A DNA stretch of 64,000 nt, from assembly GCA_965248195.1 (NCBI GenBank), contig CBDFIQ010000002.1:2784001-2848000 (forward strand), read 5' to 3'. How positions within the stretch are numbered: position 1 is the first letter of the stretch; every line of letters starts with the position of its first letter. The position numbers and the translations under genes are program-made. Of this stretch, positions 1 to 12,165 are shown in pieces. The notes beneath the pieces were generated by a model that was given only the letters and a program-made list of their open reading frames with translations, ran no database searches and was not told where the DNA came from. This stretch comes from Longimicrobiales bacterium (GTDB lineage: Bacteria > Gemmatimonadota > Gemmatimonadetes > Longimicrobiales > Gaopeijiaceae).

Positions 1-1
1 G

Positions 2-1870
2 GTGGTCGCGCAGATCGCGGGATGCTCCGCCGAGCAGTTCCTCGCCATGGCGGAGATCGTCTGCTCCACGGGGACCGCCGACCGGGTCGGCACCATCATG
101 TATGCCGTGGGCTGGACCATGCACACCGTCGGGAGCCAGATCATCCGCACCGCGGCGATCCTCCAGCTCATCCTCGGCAACATCGGGCGGCCGGGAGGCG
201 GTATCAACGCGCTCAGGGGTCACGCCAACGTGCAGGGCGCGACGGACCACGCCATCGTCGCCGGCATCCTTCCTGGCTACCTGAGGGTTCCCAGCCCCGC
301 TCAGACGTCTCTGGCAAACCATCTCGCGGAGTCCACGCCGAGGCCGCTGGTACCCGACACGGTCAACTACTGGGGCAACTACCCCAAGTTCATGATTTCC
401 CAGCTCAAGGCGTGGTTCGGCGATACGGTCGGGCCGGAGAATGAGTACGGATATCACTACCTGGGTAAACCGGCCGACGACGCGACGTGGCTCTCCATGT
501 GGGACCAGGCGCATCAGGGGAGGCTCGAGGGGCTGGTGGCCTTGGGCTTCAATCCGCTCCTGGCCGGACCGGACGTGCCTCGCCTCCTGCGGGCCATGGC
601 GAACCTGCAATGGAAGGTGGTCATCGATCCGTTCATGCTGGATTCGGCAGAGTTCTGGAGGGCACCGGACGTCGATCCCGCCGAGATCCAGACCGAAGTG
701 CTCTACCTTCCGGCCACGCACTGGGTCGAGCGCGCGGGCTCCTTCACGAACTCGGGGCGCTGGGCCCAGTGGAAGGAGCAAGCCATCGACGCCCCGGACG
801 GGGTCCGCTCCGACACGTGGATCCTCTCCGAGCTCTTCTGGCGTGTGAAGGAGCTCTACGAAGAAGAGGGGGGAGCATACCACGAGCCGATCCTCAACCT
901 CCAGTGGAACTACCTGAACCAGCGGGAGCCCCGCCTGGAGGAGTTGGCCCAGGAGATCAACGGGTCCGACCTCGGAACGGGCGAACTCCTCTCGTCCTTC
1001 GGGCAACTCCGTGATGACGGCACGACCACGTCGGGAAACTGGCTCTACACCGGCAGCTTCACCGAAGAGGGGAACATGATGGCTCGGCGCGGGACGGACG
1101 ATCCCAGCGGAATGGGCTTCCATCATGACTGGGCGTTCAGCTGGCCCGCGAACAGGCGCGTTCTCTACAACCGGGCGTCGGCGGATGGGGAGGGCAGGCC
1201 GTGGGACGGCAGCCGGGCTGGAATTCGATGGACGGGCGAGAGGTGGATCGGTGACATCCCGGACTACGGACCGACCACGCCGCCCAATCAGGCGGGCGCG
1301 TTCATCATGACCGAGGAGGGCGTGGCGAGGCTGTTCACGACCTATCTGGTGGACGGACCGTTCTCCGAGCACTACGAGCCGGTGGAGAGTCCGACCCCCA
1401 ACATCCTGCACGAAGACGTTCCGACCAACCCGCTGATCCGTTGGTACGACGGTGTCCGAGAGACGCTGGCCAACGGCAGGGACGAATACCCCTACGTGTG
1501 CACGGTCTACCGTGTCGTGGAGCGCGAGCACTTCGTGACGTCCAACGTCCCGTACCTCGTCGAGTTGATGCCCGACTTCTTCGTCGAAGTCCCGTACGGC
1601 CTCGCCGAGGAAAAGGGGATCGAGAACGGCGAGCGGGTCCGCGTGTGGTCCAAACGTGGTGAGGTGGAGGGAGTGGCCGTGGTCACCAAGCGGATCAAGC
1701 CGCTCACGGTAAACGGCGAGACGTGCTGGACCGTCGGCGTCCCCGTTCACTGGGGCTTCAAGGGGATCACCACCGGTTCGATGGCCAACAACCTCACGCC
1801 CTTCGTCGGGGACGCCAACACGGGCTGCCCCGAGTTCAAGGCCTTTCTCGTGAACCTGGAGAAGGCCTGA
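2..1870 (+). CDS. fdnG: Formate dehydrogenase-N/O alpha subunit (molybdopterin), 5'-truncated by the window edge
   Basis: Motifs GNIGRPGGGINALRGHANVQGATD, GSFTNSGRWAQW, WPANRRVLYNRAS, DGPFSEHYEPVE and C-terminal VGDANTGCPEFKAFLVN. Followed by beta, gamma and fdhE genes. Confidence 0.95.
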   Translation: MVAQIAGCSAEQFLAMAEIVCSTGTADRVGTIMYAVGWTMHTVGSQIIRTAAILQLILGNIGRPGGGINALRGHANVQGATDHAIVAGILPGYLRVPSPAQTSLANHLAESTPRPLVPDTVNYWGNYPKFMISQLKAWFGDTVGPENEYGYHYLGKPADDATWLSMWDQAHQGRLEGLVALGFNPLLAGPDVPRLLRAMANLQWKVVIDPFMLDSAEFWRAPDVDPAEIQTEVLYLPATHWVERAGSFTNSGRWAQWKEQAIDAPDGVRSDTWILSELFWRVKELYEEEGGAYHEPILNLQWNYLNQREPRLEELAQEINGSDLGTGELLSSFGQLRDDGTTTSGNWLYTGSFTEEGNMMARRGTDDPSGMGFHHDWAFSWPANRRVLYNRASADGEGRPWDGSRAGIRWTGERWIGDIPDYGPTTPPNQAGAFIMTEEGVARLFTTYLVDGPFSEHYEPVESPTPNILHEDVPTNPLIRWYDGVRETLANGRDEYPYVCTVYRVVEREHFVTSNVPYLVELMPDFFVEVPYGLAEEKGIENGERVRVWSKRGEVEGVAVVTKRIKPLTVNGETCWTVGVPVHWGFKGITTGSMANNLTPFVGDANTGCPEFKAFLVNLEKA

Positions 1871-2856
1871 TGGCCACGGACGAAGGCGTGCTGGCCCAGA
1901 CCGCGCAGGGTCCCCAGAGCGGCCTCGCCGTCAGGCGGATCTCGGCTACGCCCGGCCACTCGCTCGAGCGAGGACCCGACGGCGCGCCCGCTGCCCGAAC
2001 GGGACCCGAGTACGCGAAACTCATCGACATCTCGCGCTGTATCGGCTGCAAGGGCTGCGAGGTGGCGTGCAAGGAGTGGAACGAGCTCGGTGTGGAGCCC
2101 ACGGAGAACTTCGGCAGCATGCAGAGCCATCGTGACCTCGGCCCGGACACGTGGCTGCTCATGCGCTTCAACGAGATCGAGGTCGGGGATGACGTCCAGT
2201 GGCTGATCAAGAAGGACGCTTGCCTCCACTGCGAGGAGCCCGGCTGTCTGTACGCATGCCCCGCGCCGGGAGCGATCGTCCAGTACGAGAACGGGATCGT
2301 CGACTTCAACCATGACAGCTGCATCGGCTGTCAGCTGTGTGTGTCCGGTTGCCCCTTCGACATCCCTCGATTCAATCAGGACACGAAAAAGGTCTACAAG
2401 TGCAACATGTGCGTCGATCGGGTCGAGGCTGGGCTGGAGCCGGCGTGCGTGAAGACCTGCCCGACGAACGCCATCTCCTGGGGGACGAAGGAGGACATGG
2501 TGGCGCTGGGCGAGAAGAAGGTGGAGGGGCTCCAAGGGAGGGGCTTCGAGAACGCCAGCCTTTACGACCCTGCGGGCGTGGGCGGCACGCACATGATGTA
2601 CGTGGTGCCGCACGGGGACCAGCTGGATGAGTACGATCTACCGGCTGATCCTACGGCCGCCCCGGGTGCCCTCGCTGCCTTGGGGGGCCTCAGGCAGCTC
2701 GGCGCCTCCGCGCTCGGCCTCGGGCTTTTGGCCACGGCGCTCCACTACCTGGGGTTCGGGCCTCAGGAGCCTGAGCCGGAGGGGGTCGGAGCCGGGCCGT
2801 CCAGCGAAGGGGCAGGCACGGCGGGAGGCGAAGCCGCCGGGAGCACCGACGCGTGA
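1870..2856 (+). CDS. fdnH: Formate dehydrogenase-N beta (4Fe-4S) subunit
   Basis: ATG overlaps the fdnG stop (TGATG). Four Cys clusters: CIGCKGCEVAC, CLHCEEPGCLYACP, CIGCQLCVSGCP, CNMC...CVKTCP. Also YDPAGVGGTH and a C-terminal TM helix. Confidence 0.95.
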   Translation: MATDEGVLAQTAQGPQSGLAVRRISATPGHSLERGPDGAPAARTGPEYAKLIDISRCIGCKGCEVACKEWNELGVEPTENFGSMQSHRDLGPDTWLLMRFNEIEVGDDVQWLIKKDACLHCEEPGCLYACPAPGAIVQYENGIVDFNHDSCIGCQLCVSGCPFDIPRFNQDTKKVYKCNMCVDRVEAGLEPACVKTCPTNAISWGTKEDMVALGEKKVEGLQGRGFENASLYDPAGVGGTHMMYVVPHGDQLDEYDLPADPTAAPGALAALGGLRQLGASALGLGLLATALHYLGFGPQEPEPEGVGAGPSSEGAGTAGGEAAGSTDA

Positions 2857-3488
2857 ACGACCCGGGAGACCTCCAGCGCTTCACGTACACCGAGCGGGTC
2901 ACGCATTGGGTGGCCGGCCTCTCGTTCGTGTTTCTCCTCTTCACGGGTCTGGCCTTCTCTCACCCACGGCTCTTTTGGATCACCAGCCTCGTCGGCGGCG
3001 GATCGACGGCTCGCATCCTTCACCCGTGGATGGGCGTCCTCTTTACGGGGTCGATGGTGATCATGTTCATCATGTGGGCCAAGGAGATGGGGATCCAAGA
3101 CCACGACCGAGCCTGGCTGAAGGCGGTGAAACACTATGCCGTCCACGACAAGGAAAACGTCCCCGAGGCGGGCAAGTACAACGCCGGTCAGAAGCTGTTC
3201 TTCTGGTCGATAGCCCTTCTCGGCATCGCCTACGTCGTCACGGGGATTCCCATGTGGATGCCCGGCGGAGCCCTGGGCCTGGGACCGTTCTATGGAGGCG
3301 TAGTGAACAGTATGCGCTTGGTCCATTACCTCTCCACGGTGGCCGGCGGCCTACTCCTGATCGTGCACGTGTACCTCGGCACCATCGCATATCCGGGCAC
3401 CCTGCGCGGAATGCTCCACGGGTCCGTGTCGCGCGCCTGGGCCAAGCTCCACCACCCGCTTTGGCAGAAGGAGCAATCCGGGTCTTGA
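2853..3488 (+). CDS. fdnI: Formate dehydrogenase-N gamma (cytochrome b556) subunit
   Basis: ERVTHW, ARILHPW, GKYNAGQKLFFW, His-bearing TM helices, WAKLHHPLW. GTGA overlap with fdnH. Confidence 0.95.
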   Translation: MNDPGDLQRFTYTERVTHWVAGLSFVFLLFTGLAFSHPRLFWITSLVGGGSTARILHPWMGVLFTGSMVIMFIMWAKEMGIQDHDRAWLKAVKHYAVHDKENVPEAGKYNAGQKLFFWSIALLGIAYVVTGIPMWMPGGALGLGPFYGGVVNSMRLVHYLSTVAGGLLLIVHVYLGTIAYPGTLRGMLHGSVSRAWAKLHHPLWQKEQSGS

Positions 3489-3523
3489 GCCTCCACGGCT
3501 CTCGATCCCTGGGCAACCTCTAG

Positions 3524-4513
<990 letters not shown>

Positions 4514-4688
4514 AGCTCACTGGTTCCGCCAGAAAGCCACATCTCTTGGCGAGTTCGGGGATCTCGGAGGGTGACCCTCCCTCTTGCCCTCTCCCGATCC
4601 GCCACTCTACGCTGTCTGGTGTCGTAAGCAGGCCTTCCGCTTGAGGCGAAGGCCTACCAGCCTAGCAACCGGGCGTACCATGGCTTCA

Positions 4689-5690
4689 ATGAAGAGACTG
4701 AGAGTCACGAGCCTGCTGGTCCTCCTCGTCGCAGTCGGGGCCTGTGGGGCGCCGGAACAGACAGCCGGCCCCGGCGCCGGGGGCATCCTGCGTGTCGACC
4801 CGCGGCTCGACGCCCTCGTGCCCGCCGACGCTCGAATCGAGAAGCTGGCCGACGGGTTCGTCTTCACGGAAGGGCCGGTCTGGATCCAGAGCGAGTCTCG
4901 GCTCCTGTTCTCCGACGTACGAGCCAACACCATCTATCAGTGGACCGAGGCCGAGGGGGCAAGCACCTTCATCGATCCCGTGTTCGAGGGCGACATCACC
5001 GGCCGCCGGTCCGTCAGCTCCAACGGCCTGACGCTCGACGCAGACGGTCGGTTGATTATCTGCGAGCACGGAAATCGCCTCATCTCACGGCTCGAAGCGG
5101 ATGGCAGCCGAACGACGGTCGTCGACAGCTACCAGGGAAGACGGCTGAACAGTCCGAACGACGCCGTCTACAGCACGGACGGCTGGCTCTATTTCACCGA
5201 CCCCCCCTACGGGCTGGAGGGCCTCGAGGAGTCGCCGATGCGGGAGCTCGACTTCAACGGCATTTACCGGCTGTCTCCCGACGGCGAGTTGGAGCTGCTG
5301 TACGCGGATCAGACCCGCCCGAACGGTATCGCCCTCTCGCCTGATGAGAGGACGCTCTACGTGGCAAACTCCGACGCGAACGATAAGGTCTGGTACGCCT
5401 ACGACGTGGGCGATGACGGTCTGTCGAACCCGCGCGTGTTCTATGACGTGAACGATCAGACGGCGCCGGGGGCCGCGGACGGCATGACCGTCGACCTTGC
5501 TGGGCACATCTTCGCGACGGGGCCGGGCGGGGTCTGGATCTTCGCGCCCGACGGCACACACCTGGGCACCATCCAACTCGACGAGGTGGTGGCAAACGCC
5601 GGCTGGGGTGATGACGGGCGCACGCTCTACATGACCGCGAGCACGGGACTGTATCGAATTCGGCTGACGACGGAAGGGGCGATTCTGTAG
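4689..5690 (+). CDS. SMP-30/gluconolactonase family beta-propeller, probable lipoprotein
   Basis: FTEGPVW, SNGLTLD, LNSPND, YFTDPPYG, PNGIALSPD and ADGMTVD motifs; signal peptide ending VGAC. Confidence 0.9.
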   Translation: MKRLRVTSLLVLLVAVGACGAPEQTAGPGAGGILRVDPRLDALVPADARIEKLADGFVFTEGPVWIQSESRLLFSDVRANTIYQWTEAEGASTFIDPVFEGDITGRRSVSSNGLTLDADGRLIICEHGNRLISRLEADGSRTTVVDSYQGRRLNSPNDAVYSTDGWLYFTDPPYGLEGLEESPMRELDFNGIYRLSPDGELELLYADQTRPNGIALSPDERTLYVANSDANDKVWYAYDVGDDGLSNPRVFYDVNDQTAPGAADGMTVDLAGHIFATGPGGVWIFAPDGTHLGTIQLDEVVANAGWGDDGRTLYMTASTGLYRIRLTTEGAIL

Positions 5691-5691
5691 G

Positions 5692-6781
5692 TCAGCGGGC
5701 CTCCGCGTCCAAGCGTTCCTGATAGCGCGCGCCGCTCAGCACGTTGGCGAGGGCGTAGTTCCCCTCGTGGCAGGCATACTCGTAGAGACGATCGTCCAGC
5801 GCCCTCATCGGTATCTCGCCTCCCCACGGGCGGGTGTAGGTCCCAGGGTCGATGACCGTGAACTCGTAATTGAGCGTGCTCTCGTCCACCCGTGTGAGGC
5901 GCTCGATCACCCTCATGTCCTCGGAGCCACCCGGGTACACATATTCCTGCGCGTTCAGCTGTCTCGGCGGGAGGTTGGTGGTCTCGATCACGAGCGTATC
6001 GCCCTCCCAGTGGCCCCACGAGTCGCCCATCCAGGGACGGATATGCTCCGGCAGCGGCACGCGCTCGCCTAGCCGGATGATACGCACGTCGTGGACCATC
6101 TCCGCCAAGATCATGATGTGGTCGGGGGTCTGCACGATCGCATAATTGTTGTTGTAGAAGTAGTTCGGGAGCATCGGAGGGCCGGCGTTGGACCCGAACG
6201 ACATGAGGCAGCGCTCGCCGAGCGGCCGATTCTCCGGATTGTCGAACTCGCCGAATTGGCTGTTGAACTCCGTGAGCTCGGCGGACCGTTGCTGCGCCTC
6301 GGGCGTCAGGGGAGGAATGCGGCCGTCTGCGGGGTTGGTGACGAGAGAGCTTCGCCGCTCGCCGTTGAAGATGGCAACCCGGTCGCCCCCGTCGATATAG
6401 ACGTAGTTGTAGCCCCCTGTTCCGCCGGAGGCCGCGTCGAAGAGCAAGTCTCCTGTGAACTGGCCCCCCACCGGTGGCGCCTCGCGATCGGGATCGCTGG
6501 GGGCCGAGGCCTCCTCGATGTATTGCTCGCGCCGCCCCTCGATCGCCGCCACCTCGTCCGGCGTCAGTACAGGGGCGAATCCTGCCGGACGCTGCATCGG
6601 CGTGATCGTCGCGTTTGTCCAGTTCCCCTGGAGGTCCGGACGACCATCGGGGTGTACGGGGCACCACCCACTGCTGTCTGTCAGACGTGGGCTCCCGGGC
6701 CGCAGCGGACGGCGGGGCCACCAACGCGGACGCGCCTACGAAGCTGAGCGCCAAAAGCGAAGCAGAATAACGTGCGATCAT
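5692..6781 (-). CDS. Exported protein of the uncharacterised 'PDLQGxW...YEYACHEGNY' family, copy 1; +1 frameshift at about 6650
   Basis: Signal peptide and WVVPRTP in one frame, DGRPDLQGNWTN...YEYACHEGNY in the next. One extra base in the G4 run at 6649-6652. Paralogous to 16263, 44016 and 45098. Confidence 0.8.
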
Positions 6782-7001
6782 CTCACCTCCTCTGAGCTCG
6801 CCAACCGTACTCCGATAATGTCACCCTCGACCTGACCCGGCCAGTTGACGCTCGCCAACCGACGGAGGACACCGGTGGCTCCCGGAGCGCAGCCTCCCCG
6901 GCCTATCTCGCGCGTTTGATGACGACCGCGTACTCTGAGCGAGCTCACTCCATATCGGTCGTGCCGGTGCCTTTTCCCCTCAGCGACCCTCAGAGGCCAG
7001 A

Positions 7002-8258
7002 ATGATCCACAGGGGCACGATTACTCTCGCTCTCCTCGCCCTCGTCTCGGTCCCCGCTTCCGCTCAGCGGTTTCCCGTGGCCGAGCCGGAGGAGGTCGGA
7101 CTGTCAGCCGAGCGCTTGCAGCGAATCGATGACGTTTTCCAGAGCTACGCCGAGGAGGGTCGCATCGCGGGGGCCGTGGGGGTGATCCTGAGGCACGGAA
7201 AGCTTGCGTACACAGGCGCCTGGGGGATGCGGGACGTGGCGGCGGGGGACCCGCTGGAGGCCGACGATATCTTCCGCATAGCCTCCATGACGAAGCCCAT
7301 CACAAGCGTAGCCGTGATGATGCTTTATGAGGAGGGGCACTTCTTCCTCAGAGATCCGGTCGGTCGGTACCTACCGGAGCTCGCCGACGTTCGAGTGGCC
7401 CGGCTCTCGGAGGCAACGTCCGCGGACGACATTCCGACCGAGCGGGCTCGCCGACCGATCACGATTCAGGACCTGCTCAGTCATACGTCGGGCCTCACCT
7501 ACGGGTCATTCTCCGACACCGTCGTCGACTCGCTCTACCGCCGAGAGAGGGTCGGAGGCCAGCCGACGCTCGCGGAGATGATGACCGAGCTGGGTGAGCT
7601 CCCGCTGGCGTACCAGCCGGGAACGCGGTGGCACTACAGCCTTTCCACCGACGTGCTCGGCCGACTCGTGGAGGTCGTTTCAGGACAATCGTTCGATGTG
7701 TTCCTTCGCGAGCGGATCTTCGACCCCCTCGGTATGGTCGATACGGGATTCCACGTGCCAGGCCCCGAGCAAGATCGCCTTACCCGTGAGTATGGGCACC
7801 AGGGCCCCGAGCGGACGCTCACGGTCGGCGACACACTCCGCTTCAAGCGGCCCCCCACAAGGTTCTCCGGGGGTGGGGGTCTCGTGTCCACTGCGCACGA
7901 CTACGCCAGGTTCGCCCAGATGCTGCTCAACGGCGGAGAGCTGGACGGGGCTCGGATCCTCGGTCGGAAGACGATAGAGCTGATGACCGTCGATCACTTG
8001 GAGGACGGGATGCCTACAGGGTTCCTACAACCCGGATGGGGCTTCGGGCTCGGGTTTACGGTGAAAAAGGAGGCGGGCCTGGATGGCATGCCCGGATCGG
8101 TGGGGAACTATTACTGGTACGGCATCCGGGGGACTTCCTTTTGGGTAGACCCCGAAGAGGACCTCGTCGGCGTGTTCATGATCCAGATTCGTCCGAATAG
8201 TGACATCACATTCCGGCGGCAATTCAAGAGGCTGGTGTATCAGGCGGTGATCGACTAA
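7002..8258 (+). CDS. Exported serine hydrolase, beta-lactamase class C/AmpC-like family
   Basis: FRIASMTK (SxxK), LLSHTSGL, PGTRWHYS, GGGLVST; signal peptide. Confidence 0.9.
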   Translation: MIHRGTITLALLALVSVPASAQRFPVAEPEEVGLSAERLQRIDDVFQSYAEEGRIAGAVGVILRHGKLAYTGAWGMRDVAAGDPLEADDIFRIASMTKPITSVAVMMLYEEGHFFLRDPVGRYLPELADVRVARLSEATSADDIPTERARRPITIQDLLSHTSGLTYGSFSDTVVDSLYRRERVGGQPTLAEMMTELGELPLAYQPGTRWHYSLSTDVLGRLVEVVSGQSFDVFLRERIFDPLGMVDTGFHVPGPEQDRLTREYGHQGPERTLTVGDTLRFKRPPTRFSGGGGLVSTAHDYARFAQMLLNGGELDGARILGRKTIELMTVDHLEDGMPTGFLQPGWGFGLGFTVKKEAGLDGMPGSVGNYYWYGIRGTSFWVDPEEDLVGVFMIQIRPNSDITFRRQFKRLVYQAVID

Positions 8259-8315
8259 CCGCTCGGGGGAGTAACGGGCGCGGGCGATCAAGGACTCGAA
8301 CACAGTAAGGATGAA

Positions 8316-8720
8316 ATGAAGTTCAGCAGCATCCCTCTCAGCGGAGTGCTCGCGACGGCGATCGTGATCGCCATCGCGGGGGCCGTTGAGGCCGGCGCTC
8401 AGACGGCGGAGGTAGCCGGTAGATGGACCTTCACGGTAACCACCGACGTAACGGGCATCACCTATCCGGAAGTAACGCTGGAACAGGACGGAGAGACGCT
8501 GACCGGGCGCTATTCGTCGGACGCGCTGGGTCAAGCCCCCCTGTCGGGGAGGGTAAGGGGATCGGAGATCACGTTCACGTTCTCGGCGGATGCGCAGGGG
8601 CAGCTCGTCGATGTCACATACAGCGGGACCGTCGACGAAGACGGGAAGATCTCCGGGATGATGGATCTCGCTGGTGGGTTCGTGACGGGGACGTTTACCG
8701 CAGTCCGGTCGGACGGATGA
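8316..8720 (+). CDS. Small exported beta-rich hypothetical protein
   Basis: Signal peptide; VAGRWTFTV...TLEQDGETLTG...YSGTV pattern. Confidence 0.7.
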   Translation: MKFSSIPLSGVLATAIVIAIAGAVEAGAQTAEVAGRWTFTVTTDVTGITYPEVTLEQDGETLTGRYSSDALGQAPLSGRVRGSEITFTFSADAQGQLVDVTYSGTVDEDGKISGMMDLAGGFVTGTFTAVRSDG

Positions 8721-8792
8721 CGTTCCTCGGGGCTCGGATGACGTCCTGACCGTGGGGGCCGCCTCGACCAAGGGGGGAACCTGGATCGATTG

Positions 8793-10365
8793 ATGGCTCA
8801 AATCCGGAAGTGGTTGATCCTCTCACATCGGTACTTGGGCATCGCCCTCGGCCTACTGTTCGTGGTCTGGTTCGCCTCCGGGATCGGAATGATCTACGCG
8901 AGGGGGATGCCGAGCCTGACGGAGGAACTGCGGTTGGAGCGACTGGAGCCGCTGGATCTCCAATCCGTCCGCGTGATGCCGGTGGAGGCCGGAGAACGAG
9001 CGGGTCTCGGCGGCTCATTGGTGAGCGTCACGCTCCTCATGGTGATGGACCGGCCGGCATACCGATTGAATGGCGAGGGCGCGGCGACGGTCTTCGCCGA
9101 CAACGGAGATCTGATGCCCGAGCTGGGTCCCGGTCGGGGCACGCGAGGTGGCGAGTCGATTCATGGACGTTGCCTCGGAGCGGGTCCGCTACGAGGAGCT
9201 TCTGACGCGGTCCGACCAGTGGACCCTATCACTGCGCAGACAGCTCCCGTTTCACAAGCTGAGCATCGAGGACGATCGTGGTACTCAGCTCTATGTGTCA
9301 CCGGAATCGGGAGAGGTGACGCTGCTCACCACACGGGCCGGCCGAGCTCTCGCCTGGGTGTCTGCGATCCCCCATTGGCTCTATTTCACTCCGCTGCGCG
9401 TCCGGCAGACCCTATGGACGAATACCATTCTCTGGACGGCTGGGCTGGGCTGCGTTCTCGCGATCCTGGGAATCACCTTGGGGATCCTTCAGTTCAGGTT
9501 CAGGCGTCCTTTCCGGTGGTCGCGGATCGGCTCCTATATCCCGTATTCGGGCTGGATGCGGTGGCATCACATCACGGGTTTGGTGTTCGGCGTCCTCGCT
9601 CTGACCTGGGTCTTCAGTGGCCTTCTGTCGATGGAGCCGTTCGGATGGGCGTCTCGGCCAGGGCTGAGCACCGGAGAGCTTCGGCGGGCGCTCAGCGGTG
9701 GACCACTCGAGGCGTCGGCCTTCCCGCCGATCGACGGTGACGCCTGGGATGCTCTCCTACCGGGCCAGAGCATCAAGGAGATTACCTACCAACGGATTTT
9801 GGGAGAGCCGTACTTCAGAGTCCTGAGCACACCGACAGAACCCGTGGGGACAACAACTGCTGAGGGTGGAGGAGGTACCGCGAAGCCAGCTGATACGAGG
9901 GGAGTGCTGGTCGATGCCGGAACCCTCGAGGTCCAAAGGGGACCCTTCGTGGTGGACGCCTTGATGGTCCGTGTTCGCGAGACCTATCCGGACGTTCCGA
10001 TTCTCGAAGCCCGCATCCTCGACGAGTACGATTCCTACCATTACTCGCGGGACCAGCAGGCACCGCTGCCGATCCTGCGCGTCAAATTCGCCGATCCCGA
10101 CGAGACATGGCTCTACATCGACCCGCGATCAGGACAGCTGTCGAGGAGCCTCCATCGCCTCGACCGGGTCGAGCGGTGGATCTACCATGGCTTTCACAGT
10201 CTGGACTTCGGGTTCTGGTACTACGACCGCCCATTCTGGGAAGTAGGGGTCATAGTGCTCAGCCTCGGTGGTCTGGCTACGAGCGCAATCGGCCTGTTTG
10301 TAGGGACACGAAGACTGTGGCGTGGGCGGAGGTCGGTTTTCAGGGCCGCCCGGACCCCTCCCTAG
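8793..10365 (+). CDS. PepSY-associated TM helix membrane protein; +1 frameshift at about 9136-9139
   Basis: HRYLGI..WFASG, IPHWLYF, WHHITGL..TWVFSG, RWIYHGFHSLDF. Removing one G from the G4 run joins the two ORFs (…GRAREVASRF…). Confidence 0.85.
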
Positions 10366-10711
10366 CCGGCCGCCCCCTCTTCCTTGAACACCATGACCAT
10401 GGCGATGGCGATGACGGCGAGGTTGGTGCAGGCTAGAGGCCATCAGGAGTAGACGCTATCAGCGACGAACAACCGTCGGTATGTTGTGTCGATGACCCGG
10501 ATTGCCCTCCTCGAGCGTCTAGGCGCCCTCGCTCCGGCTGGTCTGCTCGTCGCGCCCCTCGTGCTCCTCGGTTCTCCGATGGCGGCGCTCGCCCAGGACG
10601 ATGTGGGCTCCGCCGCGTGGCTTAGGGGATGCTGGGTCGCCTCGGCCGGCGACGTACGCTCGGAGGAGGTCCGGAACCTGTCAACGACAATGGGACACTC
10701 TACGGGATTAA

Positions 10712-11719
10712 TTAGAGAGCAATATCCTGTGTGGTGAGGGAAGGGATGGGAGGATTGATGTAGACGGCCTCCGGGAGCGGTTTGGGCTTCGGCACACCTG
10801 TGACGAAGCGTTCGGGATGAGCGGCCCATGCTTCGCGGAGCACGGATTTCCTGCCGGCAATGACCTGATCGGCGTTCCCGAAGTGGACCTGCTCGGGGGT
10901 TAGCATCGAGATACCGCCATGGCGGTGCTCGGCATTGTACCAGCGGAAGAACGATCGACACAACGTCTTGGCCTGGCCCTGATCCCCGAACCGCCCGGGA
11001 AACGAGGGATGGTACTTCAAGGTTTTGAACTGAGCCTCGGAAAACGGGTTGTCATCCGACACCTGAGGCCGGCTCAACGAGCGAGTCACGCCGAGGTCAG
11101 CGAGAAGTTGAGCGGTGCATTGGCTCGTCATTGGAGCTCCCCGATCCGAGTGCAGGGTCAGGACCCGGGGCTGGACGCCATGCTTCAGGCAGCTCTGCTG
11201 GATCAACCGGCCGGCCAGGGCCGAGTTCTCCCGGTCCGCCACCATCCAGCCCACGACGTAGCGGCTGTAGATGTCCATGATGACGTAGAGGTAGTAATAG
11301 CTCCACTTCTTCGGCCCGAGTAGCCGCGTGATATCCCAGGACCACACCTGGTTCGGCGCCGTGGCCATCAACTCGGGCTTCTTGTACTCGGGATGGGTGC
11401 GCTGCGCCCGGCGTTCCTGAACCGGCACCTCGGAGGCCAGAACACGATACATCGTGCGTTCGCTGCACAGGTAGACCTCTTCGTCGAGCAGCGTGGCCAC
11501 CACCTCGGCGGGTGAGCGGTCCACGAACCGCTCCGAACACAGCGTGTCGAAGACCTCGCCTCGTTCCGTCTCGCTCAATGCCCGGGCGGGCGTCGGGCGG
11601 GGCTGCCGTTGCCCGGTCGATGGGCCTCGACGACGGTAGAACGTCGATCGGGAGACCTCGAGAGCCGCGCACGCCGGTTTTACACCGACGTGCTTAGCCA
11701 GCTCATCGGCCGCCTTCAA
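10712..11719 (-). CDS. IS3-family transposase OrfB (DDE/rve integrase core)
   Basis: PNQVWSWDIT, DIYSRYVVGW, LHSDRG, DNPFSEAQFKTLK, YNAEHRH. Confidence 0.95.
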   Translation of the reverse strand: MKAADELAKHVGVKPACAALEVSRSTFYRRRGPSTGQRQPRPTPARALSETERGEVFDTLCSERFVDRSPAEVVATLLDEEVYLCSERTMYRVLASEVPVQERRAQRTHPEYKKPELMATAPNQVWSWDITRLLGPKKWSYYYLYVIMDIYSRYVVGWMVADRENSALAGRLIQQSCLKHGVQPRVLTLHSDRGAPMTSQCTAQLLADLGVTRSLSRPQVSDDNPFSEAQFKTLKYHPSFPGRFGDQGQAKTLCRSFFRWYNAEHRHGGISMLTPEQVHFGNADQVIAGRKSVLREAWAAHPERFVTGVPKPKPLPEAVYINPPIPSLTTQDIAL

Positions 11720-12165
11720 GAGTTCGTCCCGTCGTCGAGGCTTATCCCCAGCAGCCCCGCAACTTTTCCCTGCACGTCGATGATCAGGTGTGCCTTCCTG
11801 AGCTCATTCTCGAGCCGTGCGTTTTGCCGCTCCAGCTTGCGTACCTTCTCATCCAGCGGATTCCGCTCCGGCTTGCGGCCGCGTTTCTTCGACAGGGCCT
11901 TCAGCGACCCGCTATGCGCCGCCTTGCGCCACGTCGTCAGGTGCGACGAGTACAGGCCCTCGCGCCGCAGGAGCTGACCCACCTCGCCGGGCTCGGTGCA
12001 CCGGTCCGCTTCTTCGACGATCCGCAGCTTGTACGATGGACTGAACCGCCGGCGTAGCGGCCTATCTACTACCTCCGGGTCCGCAGGAGCTGCCGCGCTT
12101 CGCTTGGCCTCCCCGATTCCAGGGGCACTACCATTCTCTTCCATTCTCTCTCGCAGTCCCAACAT
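11716..12165 (-). CDS. IS3-family OrfA (HTH)
   Basis: RRRFSPSYKLRIV, LLRREGLYSSHLTTWR, C-terminal coiled coil. TTGA overlap with orfB. Confidence 0.9.
   Translation of the reverse strand: MLGLRERMEENGSAPGIGEAKRSAAAPADPEVVDRPLRRRFSPSYKLRIVEEADRCTEPGEVGQLLRREGLYSSHLTTWRKAAHSGSLKALSKKRGRKPERNPLDEKVRKLERQNARLENELRKAHLIIDVQGKVAGLLGISLDDGTNS
11764..11770 (-). other. Putative -1 programmed frameshift heptamer G GGA AAA producing OrfAB
   Basis: X XXY YYZ motif in the correct orfA phase (CAG GGA AAA). The -1 frame reads without a stop into orfB. Confidence 0.75.

Noticed and set aside
1723..1869. N-terminal extension of fdnH in the ORF track
   Set aside because: It overlaps fdnG; the ATG at 1870 coupled to the fdnG stop is the better start.
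10362..10443. His/Asp-rich or hydrophobic mini-ORFs between the PepSY and DUF6265 genes
   Set aside because: Only imperfect 6-bp periodicity with no supported start; possibly a gene remnant, but unassignable.
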